Assembly: GCA_964270895.1 (NCBI GenBank)
Contig: OZ185440.1
Source of the DNA: Podarcis filfolensis
Lineage: Eukaryota
Strand: one strand, 5' to 3'
Length of the DNA stretch: 64,000 bases
Part shown: one piece after another, positions 47,547-60,403 of the stretch
How the letters are laid out: every line of letters starts with the position of its first letter
Position numbering within the stretch: position 1 is the first letter of the stretch
Notes under the pieces: generated by a model
What the model was told of the DNA's origin: nothing
The model's input: only the letters and a program-made list of their open reading frames with translations
Databases searched by the model: none
Translations under genes and position numbers: made by a program

Positions 47547-49984
47547 CCTGGGGTGTCAACCTAAAGGTCTCTCAAGTAGCAGGGGGAAAGCATGTTCTGG
47601 AGGCCTTAGGGAGTTAGATATCCATCTAGCTGGACCAATGATCTGCTGATGTACTGCATCTCTACCAGGCCAGTAGTTTAGGTCTTTGGCTGCAGTTCAT
47701 GTAAGAGTTTGTTACAGTCTGTGTACATTTTTGAACAGAGTCAGCTGCAACCATGTGGATGAAGATGTATTCTGGTTGCCAGCTAGTACTTTACTTCATT
47801 GTTCTAAGGAAATTGGCCCACCAATTTCCCGCCCCCATTTCTCCCTCATTAACCACACAAAATTTATAATATCCAGGTACCAGATATGACAACCAAGTCG
47901 TATTTCCCCAAAGACCCATTCCTTCCAGAGTCTGGCAAACTGAGCAGACATTGGGAACAAATACACCTGTTGTGGCTTCTTTGTCCCCCTAACACAAACA
48001 GAACCTAAAACTTTGGGCAATAGTGAAGATGAACGCACCGTTTCTCCTGGACCCTCATTTCTGCCAGGCAGCGCAAGCCTGAACTTCGTGCTTCTTTAGA
48101 GCTGTACAAAATGTTTCTAAATACTCCGTAGACGTTCAAGGTGGTAAATACTTTTGCAGGCTGTTGAACAGGCCATTTCCAGTGGCTGGCTCAGAGGTAT
48201 CGGGACATGCATTTTTGATACGGAGGTAGGAAATGAGTCATAAAACAGGTAATGGAATCTTAAAACAACAGTCAGCAGTGCAATTGTGAGGAGCGCAGCA
48301 TATAGACAACAGCCAGAGGGGCATTTTCTTTGGGGAGTGGGGAATTTCTGTTAAGTAGATACTGCGTCCTTTGCATTGCTTTGCTCGCACATTTCCTTTC
48401 ACAAAGGGAGTGATTCTGTCTTTCAACGGGCTAACAGCGAGAGAAGAGTGCGAGAGTGTACAAATTCTCCCACACTTCACTGGTCTGGTGAATTTGTAAT
48501 GTTAGGCAAGTCCTTGTGGAGAGATGCGTCGCTCTCTGGTATTTCCTGAGGAGGGTTACTGAAAAGTAATAACTGTCATCGCAAGCCGTCTCTTTTCACA
48601 GTAAATAATGCACCCTTCCCTTGCGCATTGCTGTACTTAATCACTCAGAAATACTTATGAGATTATAAACAGCAGGCTGCCTCTGTGGTAGAAGATTGAG
48701 CACCTCTGGTCAAGGAGGTACCAGATGAGCAGGAGTCCAGCATTGTTCTCACCTTTCCAGAGGGATGAAACTATGAATGATTTTCTGCTCCTTCCTCTTT
48801 TGCCCCAAGCCTGGTGCATCTTATGGTTCCATGCACAAGACATAAATAGGGTGTTGGAAGAATTTCTGTCTGGGTGGCAAATACACAGGTGAGGTTTTAA
48901 ATCAGGGCCAAATCATGTTATGTTTGAGGGATGGTTGCCGTTGCAAAGCCACTCTGCTGTGGCTGGGTCTCACTAGTCTTCTTAAGATTCCCTTGGTTTC
49001 CCTTGAAATCACTTGGTTGTTTCTGCCTCAACAGGAATCTCTGAATTTGTTTTTTGTTTTGCTTTAGGTAGAATTTGTTGGCTATTTAGGGATGTGCGAA
49101 CTGAGAACTTTCGCTAGTCTTTGCATTACAAGATGTACCTGTTTCAATTCCCTCTTCTACACAACTATTAAAGGTGTTGTAGCCCTGTTTCCTATTGCAT
49201 CTGGCCATACTAGTGGTAAACAGGTTGCCAACTTTTTGAACCAGGCCCTGATCTTGTGCCTTCAAGAATAGCATGGCTTGCAGACATTAGTAGGTTTTTC
49301 CATTTAGTTATTTTAATTATTGCATTTATAGCCCACCTTCCCCCCAAGGAGCTTGAGGTGGCATGCATGGTTATCCCCTTCCTCATTTAATCCCCACAAC
49401 CAGTGCTTTTTCCCGGCCATAGTGCAGTTCTGGCACCTCTCAGGTGGGCACCATTGCGAGCCAGCACTCCCGCCACACCTGCTTCTTGCCTTAACGTACT
49501 TATGAGAAGCCCAAAACAAACATTTCAAGTCAAAATGGAAACTGGGCAGTGTGTGTGATTCTACATTCCTTTTTAGATCTATGACTCCACCTAGCTCCTA
49601 GCCACTCCTAGTTGTGATTGCTTAATCAAAGAGGCAGGGCCAATTTGTATTTCCTTTTCTTCAATCCATCTCCCGTGTAGCGGCAAGGGGCTTTACGCTT
49701 TCCAGCTAGGCCTCTACCATTGCTTGTGTGTGTGTTTGCGTGAGGGCCCTTCTGAGCTGCCCTAGCCATTTGCCTGAAGAGAACAAGGAAGGCGGGGGCA
49801 CATTTATTTGACCTGCACCAGAACCAGGGGCAACCCCCCAAACAAGCTAGGGAGAAAGCATGCCATAGCTTTTAGCACCACCACAGGCGGTGAACGCAGC
49901 TGTTGTCAAACCGACATCTGCTCAGGGCTGCTCTGAGTTGCCTGGCAACCTACTGCCACAACTTTTTCTTGGGGGGTGGGTGGG

Positions 49985-50132
49985 GGGAAAGTAGTACCCA
50001 CAACAACTCTGTGAGGTAGGTTAGTCTGAGAGGCAGTGACTGGCCCAAGACCACCCAGTGAGCTTCATGGCTGAGTGGGAATTTGAACCCTGGTCTCCCC
50101 AGTCCTAGTCTGACACTGTAGCTACTCCATGC
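49985..50132 (-). mobile_element. MIR/Squam3-like SINE
   Basis: ctctgtgaggtaggttagtctgagaggcagtgactggcccaagaccacccagtgagcttcatggctgagtgggaatttgaacc. Confidence 0.8.
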
Positions 50133-52047
50133 TTTGAAATGCTTCACCTCTTGGTTCTGTCTACCTTGTGGTCAGCTGGCAGTCCTTGTGGAAGAAGATG
50201 GAGCTGTTTCGTCTCCCAATTCAGTAGCAAATTTAAAAGTATTGGGGGAATCTCTGGGTTGTGGCCCAGCAAAGCTTGATGACCACATAGTCAAAGCTCC
50301 CCATTTTACAATTCTCACTGCACTTGGCATACACTGAACATAGCTTAGTGGTTTGTTTGTTTTTTTAATTTTTAAACAGTCAGCATTAAAATAATAATAA
50401 AAACCCCCTCTGCCTGCCACTAATAAAGTTTTCCTTATTGTTAACTACTAGCAAACACAAATGTCTGGGGAATCTCCAGCTGGCTGAAGCACTCTCATCA
50501 TTAAGCGGCAAGAACATTTTTGATAGGTTTTCAACAGCTCCAGAGTTTCTGTCAACATCACTGTGTGCCTTTTAAAAAGTATCCCCCCCTCTTTAATAGG
50601 TCCCAGAACCCAAGAATACATTCAGGTCAGTTGTTTAGAATCTGAATCCTTCCAAGTAATTAGCAGGTAGAATTACCTGGTAGCAGTCAGTACTCTTGCC
50701 TGCAATCCGTCTGTAGGATCTGCAGCTGGGGTAATTGCCATCTCAGGTGAGCCTGCAAAACATGTCTAATTTAAAGTGTCAATTGGGATTTTCTCTCTGT
50801 TTCTTCAATCCCTGTGCCAGGTTGCGAGTTTTCCTCTCACAAACCAGGCTCAAAAGGCAAGACAGATATATTGAACGTATGGGTTTCTGAGAAAATGAAA
50901 GATTTCTCTCCCTGTACTCAGCTGCCCCACCATCCTGGTGACTGAAAATGTGCAAAAGCAGTCAGAGTGTCGTCTTTCTCTGGTGCCCGTGTGAGCAGAA
51001 AGCAGAAGTGAAGTTCCACATACCCACATGCAAGGCAAAGCAGATCAATGCCAAATGGTCCTCAATCTTCTTCACCAAACCTGCAAGGCATCACTTTCAC
51101 TCATTCACAATTGTGTTTCTCAAAAGCCGAGCTTGGAAAAAGTATGCTACCATCAAGACGCTGGCTGCTCCCCCCTCCCCCCCCCGGTTTTGCTATTCTC
51201 AAGTCATGAATCAACAGATGTGCCCAAACAGAGCGAGGGTGTATGCTGACATTTGCAGGAGACCATGGAACAGATTTTTCTCCCCACTCTCCATCACTAG
51301 GGCCTATACCTTGGCAGGCTGGGTTATTAGTTCTGCAACTACTTTTTGGAACCAGCTCTGGGTCAGCGGTGTTGCGGGGTCTGCCTGCTTGCCTTCTTTG
51401 ATCTGTGTCTTTGACTGTGAAAAATTGCATTCAAGAACAAGGCCCAGTTCTTTCTGTCATAAAATCCATATGCAGGGGTAGTTTCCTTTTATTTTCTTTT
51501 TTAATGATAAGGAGTAATTCCTGGTGGACTCATATATCCGCTGCACAATTCATACACGTCCCCTTAGAGAGCCTGTGGACTGACTTCTAACAAGGCATAT
51601 TATATGAGCGTAATGTTCAGGAATCAAATCACTTGGGCATCAAAATTGTTTGGGGGCTCTTGCCTGAGCCAGAAAGCTGAAATTTGGTATACATACACAC
51701 ACACACAGAGTCCAAAACAATTTGACCACCAGAAAATCTGGACACTTGTGGAGTGCTCCCTCAAAATATTATGTACCCGCAGTCATTAGATTTCAACTAG
51801 ATGCTAGAGAGTTGGGACTTCATAATAATTTAGTTCATAATAATGGTGCAGGGTGTTGACTAATTGAGACGGACTCAATAAGTTCGGGATAAAGGGAGAA
51901 AGGATTGCAGTGACAGCCAAGAAAACAGCCTCTACCCTCCCATGCCTTTCAAGCTGATTTGAGTCTAGTGGGCAAGATGCAGGCCTGCATTACGAGAAAG
52001 TCAAAATGGGATGGAATGTTGTGTCCTCCATTTTCTAAGGGCTTATC

Positions 52048-52148
52048 CAGACTTCCTGGAGAGTCAATGCCAGTCAGCATAGGGCATAGACAATACTGAG
52101 TTAGATGGGCCAATAACTGACCAATAAGGCAGCTTCCTATGTTCCTAT
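52048..52148 (+). mobile_element. Squam2-like SINE tail
   Basis: cctggagagtcaatgccagtcagc...gacaatactgagttagatgggcc...aaggcagcttcctatgttcctatga. Confidence 0.7.
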
Positions 52149-52989
52149 GATCTCACAATCTGAATGCTGAGCTTCATGACAAAAGAAAAAACTGAGCTGA
52201 AGATACTGACTCTGTTGCATACGTGCTAGCTCCTAGGGGCCAAGGCAGTTTTGCCCCCTCCTCCAATGCTTTTTATGAGGGCTCCCCTCAATATTCAGAG
52301 GGTGTTTGGCTCCACACCCTGGCTCCTTGTTATGTTGCCCCCACAACATCAGAATGCTGCGTTAAGTCCCCTCAATCAGCTTGAGAAGATGATATCTCTG
52401 CTCTGTTGACATTCACGTTGGCCAACCCAACCTCTGCCAGTGATGGCTTGCAGTGGATATGTAGTTGTAGTGACATGAGATATGCCTTCCTGCTAACCCT
52501 TGAACCTTGGAATTTTTGGGGTGGCTCATAGGATACATTTGTACAAGCTGCATAACGTCTAACTGGAGTTGGGGAAAGCAGGTCATGGAATATTAGGCGA
52601 CCTTCAGTTCAAACTTGGATGATTAGTTGAATCCATCGAAAGCTTGGTTATATAGGTGTTTTTTCTCAGCCATGAAATCTAAAATATGACTGTGATGACA
52701 TTGATATACCACACACATAGAAAGCTAGCATACTATGGAGGAGTCCATCTAGAGCCCCGTGGTTTAGTTTTCTGCACCAAAGGCATGTTTTGTATGGAGA
52801 AACTGCCTGTTGTGTGACCCCCAATCCACTGTCTGAAGTGCAATAGCTCAGAAACAACTTTACTGCCTTGGTGAGAACTAGCTCTAAGAAGGGACTAGAG
52901 ACAAGTTGATGGAGAGCGTAAGAAAAAAGTGGAACATGTGATGCGTTAGCAATTCCTCTTGCACTCGAATCCTGCTTGGGGGTTTCCCA

Positions 52990-53070
52990 CAGGCATTTGA
53001 TGGGCCTCTGTGAGAACAGGATGCTGGACTGGACCGGCCATTGGCCCAATCCAACACACTGCTCTTATGG
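52990..53070 (+). mobile_element. CR1/L3-like 3' tail fragment
   Basis: ctgtgagaacaggatgctggactgg...ctcttatg; an inverted relative lies at ~13290-13368. Confidence 0.5.
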
Positions 53071-53455
53071 GCAACTTCCACTCCCCAAATAAACCCAATA
53101 TTGGAGCAGAAGTTGGGAAAGAAAATCAGGGTAGAGAGTGTGGTGACATGTATGCAACCAACGATACTGCAGAAAGTGAAAAGTTAGAAAGGACCAAGTG
53201 CCTTCCAGAGGCAGCACGGAGAGAAGATCTCCTCTTCATCATCCTTCCTAGTTAGAGGTTCTAGGTCTCACTTGTCTTATACTAAAACAAACATTTAACT
53301 TCTGTTAATTGTTGACTGCAAGCCTGAGAACCCCTCTAACTCTCCAATTCAAGAGAGAGTGAATTCACTCATTGAGCCTCTTACGGCTTATACTATTCCA
53401 GGGGAAGGCATTCCTGGCACTTTGAACAGGAAAACCAATAGGAATAGGGCCCTAG

Positions 53456-53824
53456 TAAAGATAAAGGTAAGGTATAGGCTCCTGGATGGTTAAGACCAGT
53501 CAAAGGCAACTATGGGGCTCATCTCGCTTTTCAGGCCAAGGGATCAGGCGTTTGTCCACAGACAGCTTTCTGGGTCATGTGGCCAGCATGACTAAACTGC
53601 TTCTGGTGCAATGGGATACCAGAGTGCACGGAAACACCGTTTACCTTCCTGCCACAGCGGTACCTGTTTATCTGCTTGCACTGGCGTGTTTTTGAACTGC
53701 TAGGTTGGCAGGAGCAGGGACCGAGCAATGGGGGCTCACCTGGTTGTGTGGATTCAAACTGCCGATCTTCTGATTGGCAAGCCCAAGAAGCTCAGTGGTT
53801 TAGACCACAGCGCCACTCGTGTCC
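53456..53824 (-). mobile_element. Sauria SINE
   Basis: Reverse complement of 3730-4091, with aaaggtaaagg-type tail. Confidence 0.9.
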
Positions 53825-55129
53825 TGGACTATAGAGGGAAGAGGTTCACCCTAGAACGAGATGCAGAACCTGTGGCCCTCCAGATCATCAGCCCCTGTTG
53901 GCATGGCCAATGATCAGGGATAATGATCAGGGATAGGGGGGTTTTAACCCAACAACATATGAAGCACAACAGGTTTCCTATGCCTGTTTTAGAGGGTGAG
54001 GATATACTGCAACATTTGGTTGTGGGTTGTGCTTGCACAACCTTTTCAGGAAGAGGTTGTCCTTTCTCTCCAAGATCATTACACAGCAGAGAATGTAATT
54101 TGAAAAACAAAACGACACTCTAAAAGGCTTCCTTGTGTGATGATACCGTAAGCAAACATTAGGTTCATCTTGAGCCTTGGCATTTTCTCATGTCCCCTGA
54201 AATCTGTATGGCACGGTTACTATTCCAGACAACCCCCCCCCCCATTAACTCATTACATATGATGTCTTAAAAAACAAAAAAACCAGGCATGTGGAACTCA
54301 CTTAAAGTGGTCCTTCTCTAAGGATAATCATCCTTCCTTTAAATAAAAACAGCCACCAGGCCAATCCTTTTCTTTGCTTTAAACAGCAGGTGGCAAATCC
54401 ACAGGTAATCCCTACAACTAGTCATACAAAATAATATGATAAAGAATGGAAAATATGTTGCCGGCATATCAGCAATATAACTAAGCTTCATTGCATAACT
54501 TGAGCCATGATGGAGATTTTGACATAGTCAGTGGCAGCCTGACAGATGTGTCATGGTGCCTAATCCCCTTAAGGTCGCAAAGCTCTTTGGAAATGGATGT
54601 TTAAAAATACTAGATTGGAAAATATGCTGTTCCTTTATTGGGCTCCCCGCCCGCCCCTTTCTACTCCACTGTTCCTGCCAATGTTTCTCCTTCTCCCACT
54701 CACCCACCCCAAGTTTGCTCTCGCCTACTATTGAGATTGTTGCCAGATGTATACAAAGAAAATTTGTGCAGAGGTGGGTGCCAGTACCAGTCGTAATGGA
54801 AACTGAAAGAGTTTTCTGTGGCACAAGGAAACAAAACTGGCATCTTCTATGACTGCTCTGGGAGAGTAATTAAAATTCCACCTGATTGTAAGGGATGTTG
54901 TTTTTTTCTTGCGGTGGGCGGGGAGGAAAGCCGAATTCAGATATCCTCAGCTTGTACCTTTGAAGGAAGATAGCACTTCTGGATCAAGTAAATCCCAGTG
55001 TAGAGTTGTGCCAGTTTGGGAGAGTCTGGAGGGAGGTATTTCTGTAACTCCGTGTCACATCTTCTGAATCATGCTTAACGCCTTCTTGGTGATTTGGACC
55101 CCATCCACCATCAGTAAAAGCAAGAAATG

Positions 55130-55440
55130 GGGCCAGTTTGCGTTCTGTTACAGACCAGTCTCCTGGATGACAGGATTATTTCCAATGAAAGTGTCATGGA
55201 TTACTCCCTGCTGTGAGCTAATAGGGTGCTAATTAGCATATTTAATTTATTTACTTAACGGGCATAAAAACCATTCGGCGCAGGTCCCGCTTACAATGGT
55301 TTCCCGGGGAAGCCTCAAACTGCTCTAAATGTTTACAGTGCTATGTTAAAACAGATACAGGCTCACATAAATACAGCCCAGAGACTGAATACAAATTACT
55401 GCTGCTGTCTAATTGTATTGCACCTAGTCGATAGCTTAAA
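55130..55440. promoter_or_regulatory. Candidate conserved non-coding enhancer
   Basis: GGATTA at 55173 and 55198, palindrome gctaattagc at 55228-55237, CpGs retained, no repeat recognised. Confidence 0.4.
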
Positions 55441-55480
55441 ACATTAACTAACATTATTTCCCTCTGTCCGTGTGTTAGAG

Positions 55481-55609
55481 CACTGTTTCCCAAATTCCAG
55501 CTGTTTTTGGACTACATTTCCCATCATCCCTGACCACTGGTCCTGCCAGCTAGGGATGATGGGAGTTGTAGTCCAAAAACAGCTGGAGACCCAAGTTTGG
55601 GAAACACTG
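55481..55609. mobile_element. hAT foldback MITE, 129 bp
   Basis: cactgtttcccaaa / tttgggaaacactg; long internal inverted arms; degenerate 8-bp TSD tgttagag / cattagag. Confidence 0.85.
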
Positions 55610-55982
55610 CATTAGAGTTAATGGTCGTAGTCTTTGGAAGGAGCAGCCATGCCACCTCAGGAACGGACACATTAAAATGAACATGGGGTGGATTTAGACA
55701 TGAGGGATCTCCTTGGTGAACGGTAGCTTCCTTAGAGTGGTATCTAGCTAAAAGATTCAGAAAGCCTTGAAGTGACGTTACCGGAGTGTTGTAATGTAAC
55801 CCAGTGACCAGTTTGCAAAGCCTTCAGGTGAAGTTTAGCGAATCCTTTCATCAATTCCACGCCCTGACAACTATTATACTTTGCCTTGAGACTCCAGCTA
55901 GAATTATGCCTCTCAGCAAGCACCACTGCTACCAACAACACCGTAATATGGGCAGTATTCAACTACCGCAACCCATTAGAGC

Positions 55983-56116
55983 AAGGATAGCTCAGTTGGT
56001 AGAACATGAGACTTAATCTCAGGGCTGTGGGTTCGAGCCCCATGTTGGGAGAAAGATTCCTGCATTGCAAGGGATTGGATGAGATGATCCTTGTGGTTCC
56101 TTCTATGATTCCATTT
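55983..56116 (+). mobile_element. tRNA(Lys)-derived SINE with CR1-like tail
   Basis: ggatagctcagttggtagaacatgagacttaatctcagggctgtgggttcgagcccc head, then ggattggatgagatgatcc...ttctatgattc. Confidence 0.8.
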
Positions 56117-56404
56117 GCTCAATGAGACTCCCCAGCTCCCATGTGTTGGGAGAACCCCTAGATTTAGGGGACATGGTGGGAGGAGAAGGGGAACATGTTC
56201 AGTTGCACAAGCAGAAATCCTTGTGCTGATGGAACAAGAAACCAAGTGTGGATTCCACCCTATGAGCCAAGGTGGCTTTTGAGGATGAGAGATGCTGCCC
56301 ACTTCCCTCTGGTAGCCTTTTAAAAAACTGAGATAGACTGTTGGCTCATTTGGTACAGAACTGGCCACTCTTAACTGGCACTCCAAGATCCTGGGTAGAG
56401 ATTT

Positions 56405-57062
56405 GTCAGTGGTTCAGAAGATACTTTGCACGCAAAAGGTTTCAGGTTCAGTTCCTGCCATCTCCAGGTATGGCTGGGAATCGCTCCTTGTGACGTGAAC
56501 ATGAGAGTGCTGGAGGTGAAATAGTTGAACAGGTTACCCAATCAGGACCCAGGGGGGTGGAGTCAGAGGGACTATAAAACCAGCTCTGGGAAGGGCAAAG
56601 GGAGAGTTCGTGGAGGAGTTTGTTGGGAGTTGGGTGGTTGTTTGGAGTGGGAGTGAATTGGGCTAGAGCTGTGGGTAGGTTGAGTTAGTGTAACGAAATA
56701 GGCTGAGTCAGGAACAGTTAGGGTTAGTGAGTGAGAGCAGGTCATAAAAATTATAGGTCTGGATAGGCACCCCATGAATGTAATTGACTGATACTGTTTC
56801 TGAAACCACACGCTTGTTAAACTGCAATAAATAAATAAAAGTTTATGTTTCAATTTAACCCTGACTGGACTTAGTATTGTCCCAGGTAGGGCCTGGGTGG
56901 TGGCAGCAAGAAATAAAGTGGTGGCACAGGGATCAATAGATGGTGAAATGTCCGGGGACCCTTTGTGATCGCCACACTCCTTTCTGAAAACCCAGAGAGC
57001 CTTTGCCAGTTAGTGTCACACGATACTGCTGAAGATGGATTAATAATCTGGCTTGATATAAG
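56405..57062 (+). mobile_element. Squam2-like SINE split by a solo LTR
   Basis: Head and body 56405-56488; remainder 56977-57062 (ctgaaaacccagagagcctttgccagttagtgt). Confidence 0.8.
56489..56976 (+). mobile_element. Solo LTR, 488 bp
   Basis: tgtgacg / cgccaca ends, perfect 5-bp TSD ctcct, CCAAT 56538, TATAAAA 56573, AATAAA 56826. Confidence 0.9.
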
Positions 57063-58119
57063 ACCAAGGCATTAGGGTCTCAAACTAAGAGAAACCAGCT
57101 TTTCAAACAGCTTCCCCCCCCCAAGTTTACACATGGTTACTGGCTTCACAGTGTCTCCATATCCTATTAATACATTCATCATTGCAATACACCTCCCTGC
57201 CCTTGTACTATTCACCTTTTTTGCCATTGAGTAAAAATTAAGGCAGTTGTCTTTTCTAAAAGATGGCTGTTTTCTTTTGTGTGTGTGTGTGTGTATGCAT
57301 GTGCGTGCAACCTTTAAATAAAAAAACCCCTATTATTCTAGGGGAAAATGTTCTCCCTCTCTCTCTTCTCTCTCTCCGAACATCCTTGTAAATCAAAAGA
57401 TTCAGGGTGTAATGCTGCCTGTATTTTACAGAAGAAGTTACAGTTATAGGGCAATATTGGTCCCTCTGCATATTCTGTGGGTGTGAAGCAGATTTAATGC
57501 AATCCGAGGATAACAATTTATAAACCAATTAAAGTAAATAGAGATCTGAGCATTGAGAGACACTGCACCTTATTTCAGCCTAATAAGACTTGCTCCCCAG
57601 GAGACACATTTTTTTTTTGGTGTGTTCTTTGTGTTAAAGTAATCACACATCTAAGAAAAGCTGCTTTTCCTCTAGAATAAACTCTATTTAATACTTGTGC
57701 TTTCCTTGGTTCACTGGGGAGAGGAAAAAAATCCAGCCATATGAAAGTCATATAAGCTTTTTTATTTTTTTAAGAAAGAAAGAAATGGAACAGATTTTGA
57801 GGATCAGCTACCCCGCAATAGAAAGAAATATATTTTGCTGATGCTACCTAGGAGCTTTGCCTACTTCCCATGTATTGAAGTGAGCCAAACTTCATGTGCA
57901 ATGCCTCTCTCTTCTTCCCTGCACTCCTGGTACCTCCTTTTCCTAGGGCCAAAGTGCATATTGCATACAACTGCGTGTAGTCCAATGCTCCACTGTTTTT
58001 TAGCTTACAAATTCACTGCATGAGGGGCCTATTGGCAGAATACTGAAACAGAGGGAGAAGAGCTTAACTTCCCTCTTAATCTGCAGTTCCCCTGCAATGA
58101 CTGGCTTATGTGCCCCATA

Positions 58120-58443
58120 AGGGATGCAGGTGGCACTGTGGCCTAAACCACCGAGCCTCTTGGGCTTGCCGATCAGAAGGTTGGCGGTTTGAATCCCCAC
58201 GACGGGGTGAGCTCCTGTTGCTCTGCCCCAGCTTCTGCCAACCCAGCAGTTCGAAAGCATACTAGTGCAAGTAGATAAATAGGTACCACTGCGGTGGGAA
58301 GGTAAACGGCGTTTCTGTGCACTCTGGCACTCATCACGGTGTTCCGTTGCACCCTCAGCCTGAAAGCGAGATGAGCGCCACAACCCAATAGACGCTTTTG
58401 ACTGGACTTAGCTGTCCAGGAGTCCTTTACCTTTTACCTTTTT
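58120..58443 (+). mobile_element. Sauria SINE (internally shortened)
   Basis: Head gggatgcaggtggcactgtgg, tail tttaccttttacc; TSD ttatgtgccccata (58106-58119) / ttatgtccccata (58444-58456), one indel. Confidence 0.9.
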
Positions 58444-59029
58444 TTATGTCCCCATAGAGTTTCAATCAAAGGCATGCTTCTCACAAGCATGGATTTGATG
58501 CACAGCCAAGGGGAAGCTGTGGACAAGGTAGCTGCTCGGGCCCCTCTGTCTAGGCCCATTCTTACTTTCTCCATCGCCTCCTTCCTCCAAAGCAACTTTT
58601 CACGCTAAAAAAAAAAGACGAACGGAAAAAGCCATTGTGCTACAATTTCAGCCATTTGCATGCAATGTGTAATTTGGCTTGATACCACCATACCTCCCCC
58701 CCCCCACAATGATTGCTTCAGCAATAGCACACATGGGTGCTCCTTGTATCGAAAACGACTCCTGCGCAGCTATTATGCCCGGGGCAGTGCCACATTACAG
58801 TGCTGCGGCTGCTTGGAATATATGGTGCATGGATGCTAATTCTTTTTCAAAATAGTGGAAGAGGGAGATGATGTTTGTAGCACATCAAAGCTGGTGACCT
58901 TAAGAAGGAGTGGTGGTGGAGAAGTTTGGTGAAATGTGTCTGTGGTGCTCTGCCACTGAGTTATGGGTTTAGTGATCCAGACACTTAGTAGCCTCATGTC
59001 TAGACCACTGTAATGCACACTTTCTTTCT

Positions 59030-59640
59030 TTCTTAATTATATTTTATTAAGTTTCAACATTTCTAACATATGCAATGCAATACACATTAACCCCCCCCCC
59101 TTATTTTTGTTGACTTCCCACCCCTTTCCCCATGGAGTTGTAGCTTCTCCCCTTCCGCTGTAGCCTATCTTCTATCTGTTAAATCGTATCCACAATACTA
59201 TAATCGATTCTGTTCGTCATAGCTCAAATACCGCTCGTGAGTTTGTCATACTATAATATTTCTTTTAAATAGTCTGAAAAATGCATCCGTTCTTCCACAA
59301 AACACTTGCCATTAGATTGTCTCAATCTTGCTGTTAATTTTGCCAGTTCTGCATAATCCATTGTCTTGCTTTTCCTTTCATCTTTGGTGGGAACGTCTTC
59401 CTTCCACATCAGCGCATAAAGAACCCTAGCAGTTGTTGTTACATACATAAACACCTTTTTTTTGGGGGGGGGGACTTCTGTCCCTATAATCCCTAAGAGA
59501 AAGACTCCAGGGTTTTTTATTATAAAAACAACATCTTTTTTATCTTGTTGTGCATCATTTCCCAAAATGCCTTTGTTTTCTTACAAGTTCACCACACATG
59601 AAAAAACGATCCATCTGCCTCATTGTGCATACTTTCTTTG
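59030..59640 (-). mobile_element. Decayed L1 3' portion
   Basis: Minus ORF FLLGIIG...FMYVTTTARVLYALMWK..VPTKDE...MDYAELAKLT. Confidence 0.85.
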
Positions 59641-60177
59641 CCAACCTTTGAAGATGATCTGGAAACACCAGCCAGTGCAGAACACAACCATCAGTGTGCC
59701 CACAGGCGCATCTGTGCAGAGACCTAAGTGGGATCTGTCACTGGCTGCCAATACAGAACCATTCATGCCTTGGCTTAATGTGGTTTGTGAGCGCCTTGTG
59801 CCTCCATTTATTCCTCCTTGTCCAGGCAGCATTCTCCTTTGACAATCCGAATAGGAGAGCCATGTTGAGTGCATTGGAAATCTCTGGATTTTGGGACAGC
59901 AGTAGTTGGAGGAGAACACAAGCAAGGAACGCAGTGCTTGCTTGTTGGAAAGGGGCAGTGGCTGGAGAATAAGATGCAGTGGCTGCTGCAGTGGCAGCCA
60001 TGGGGAAATGGTGGTGTCCACATCTGCCACCCCTTGTGGATCCTGCCACCTGAGGCAGTCACTTCACCTCGCCTCATGGGTGGGCCAGCTCTGGTCTTAG
60101 TGCTGCTGCTATATCTGTAGTGTGTGGTGATATTTAATGTTTAGAAAACTTGATTGCTGCGTTATTGGTTTCCTTTA

Positions 60178-60403
60178 TAGTGGTACCTTGGGTTACATAA
60201 GCTTCAGGTTACACACTCTGCTAACTTAGAAATAGTGCTTCAGGTTAAGAACTTTGCTTCAGGATAAAAACAGAAATTGGGCTCCAGTGGCGCAGCGGCA
60301 GCAGGAGGCCCCATTAGCTATAGTGGTGCTTCAGGTTAAGAACAGTTTCAGGTTAAGTACGGACCTCTGGAATGAATTAAGTACTTAACCCGAGCTACCA
60401 CTG
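60178..60403. mobile_element. Tc1/mariner-type MITE, 226 bp (more diverged copy of the 242-bp family)
   Basis: tagtggtaccttgg / cgagctaccactg; lacks one subterminal repeat unit. Confidence 0.88.

Larger units (their letters stand above)
46743..47650 (+). mobile_element. Squam2-like SINE split by a solo LTR
   Basis: Head gctcagggttagagaacatgct...gtcccaggtttgatccctgg (46743-46797); degenerate body resumes after 47547 (ggaccaatgatctg). Confidence 0.6.

Noticed and set aside
50948-51481. 177-aa ORF, one of the longest outside TEs
   Set aside because: No recognisable motif, overlapped by similar ORFs in other frames and strands, and no codon or splice evidence
55983-56055. tRNA-Lys-like sequence with A and B boxes
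   Set aside because: Acceptor and anticodon stems are degenerate and it runs directly into a CR1-like tail, so it is a SINE head rather than a tRNA gene
59620-60120. Dense stack of overlapping ORFs on both strands
   Set aside because: GC-balanced sequence with few stops that ends in a MITE-like terminus; no frame gives a recognisable protein
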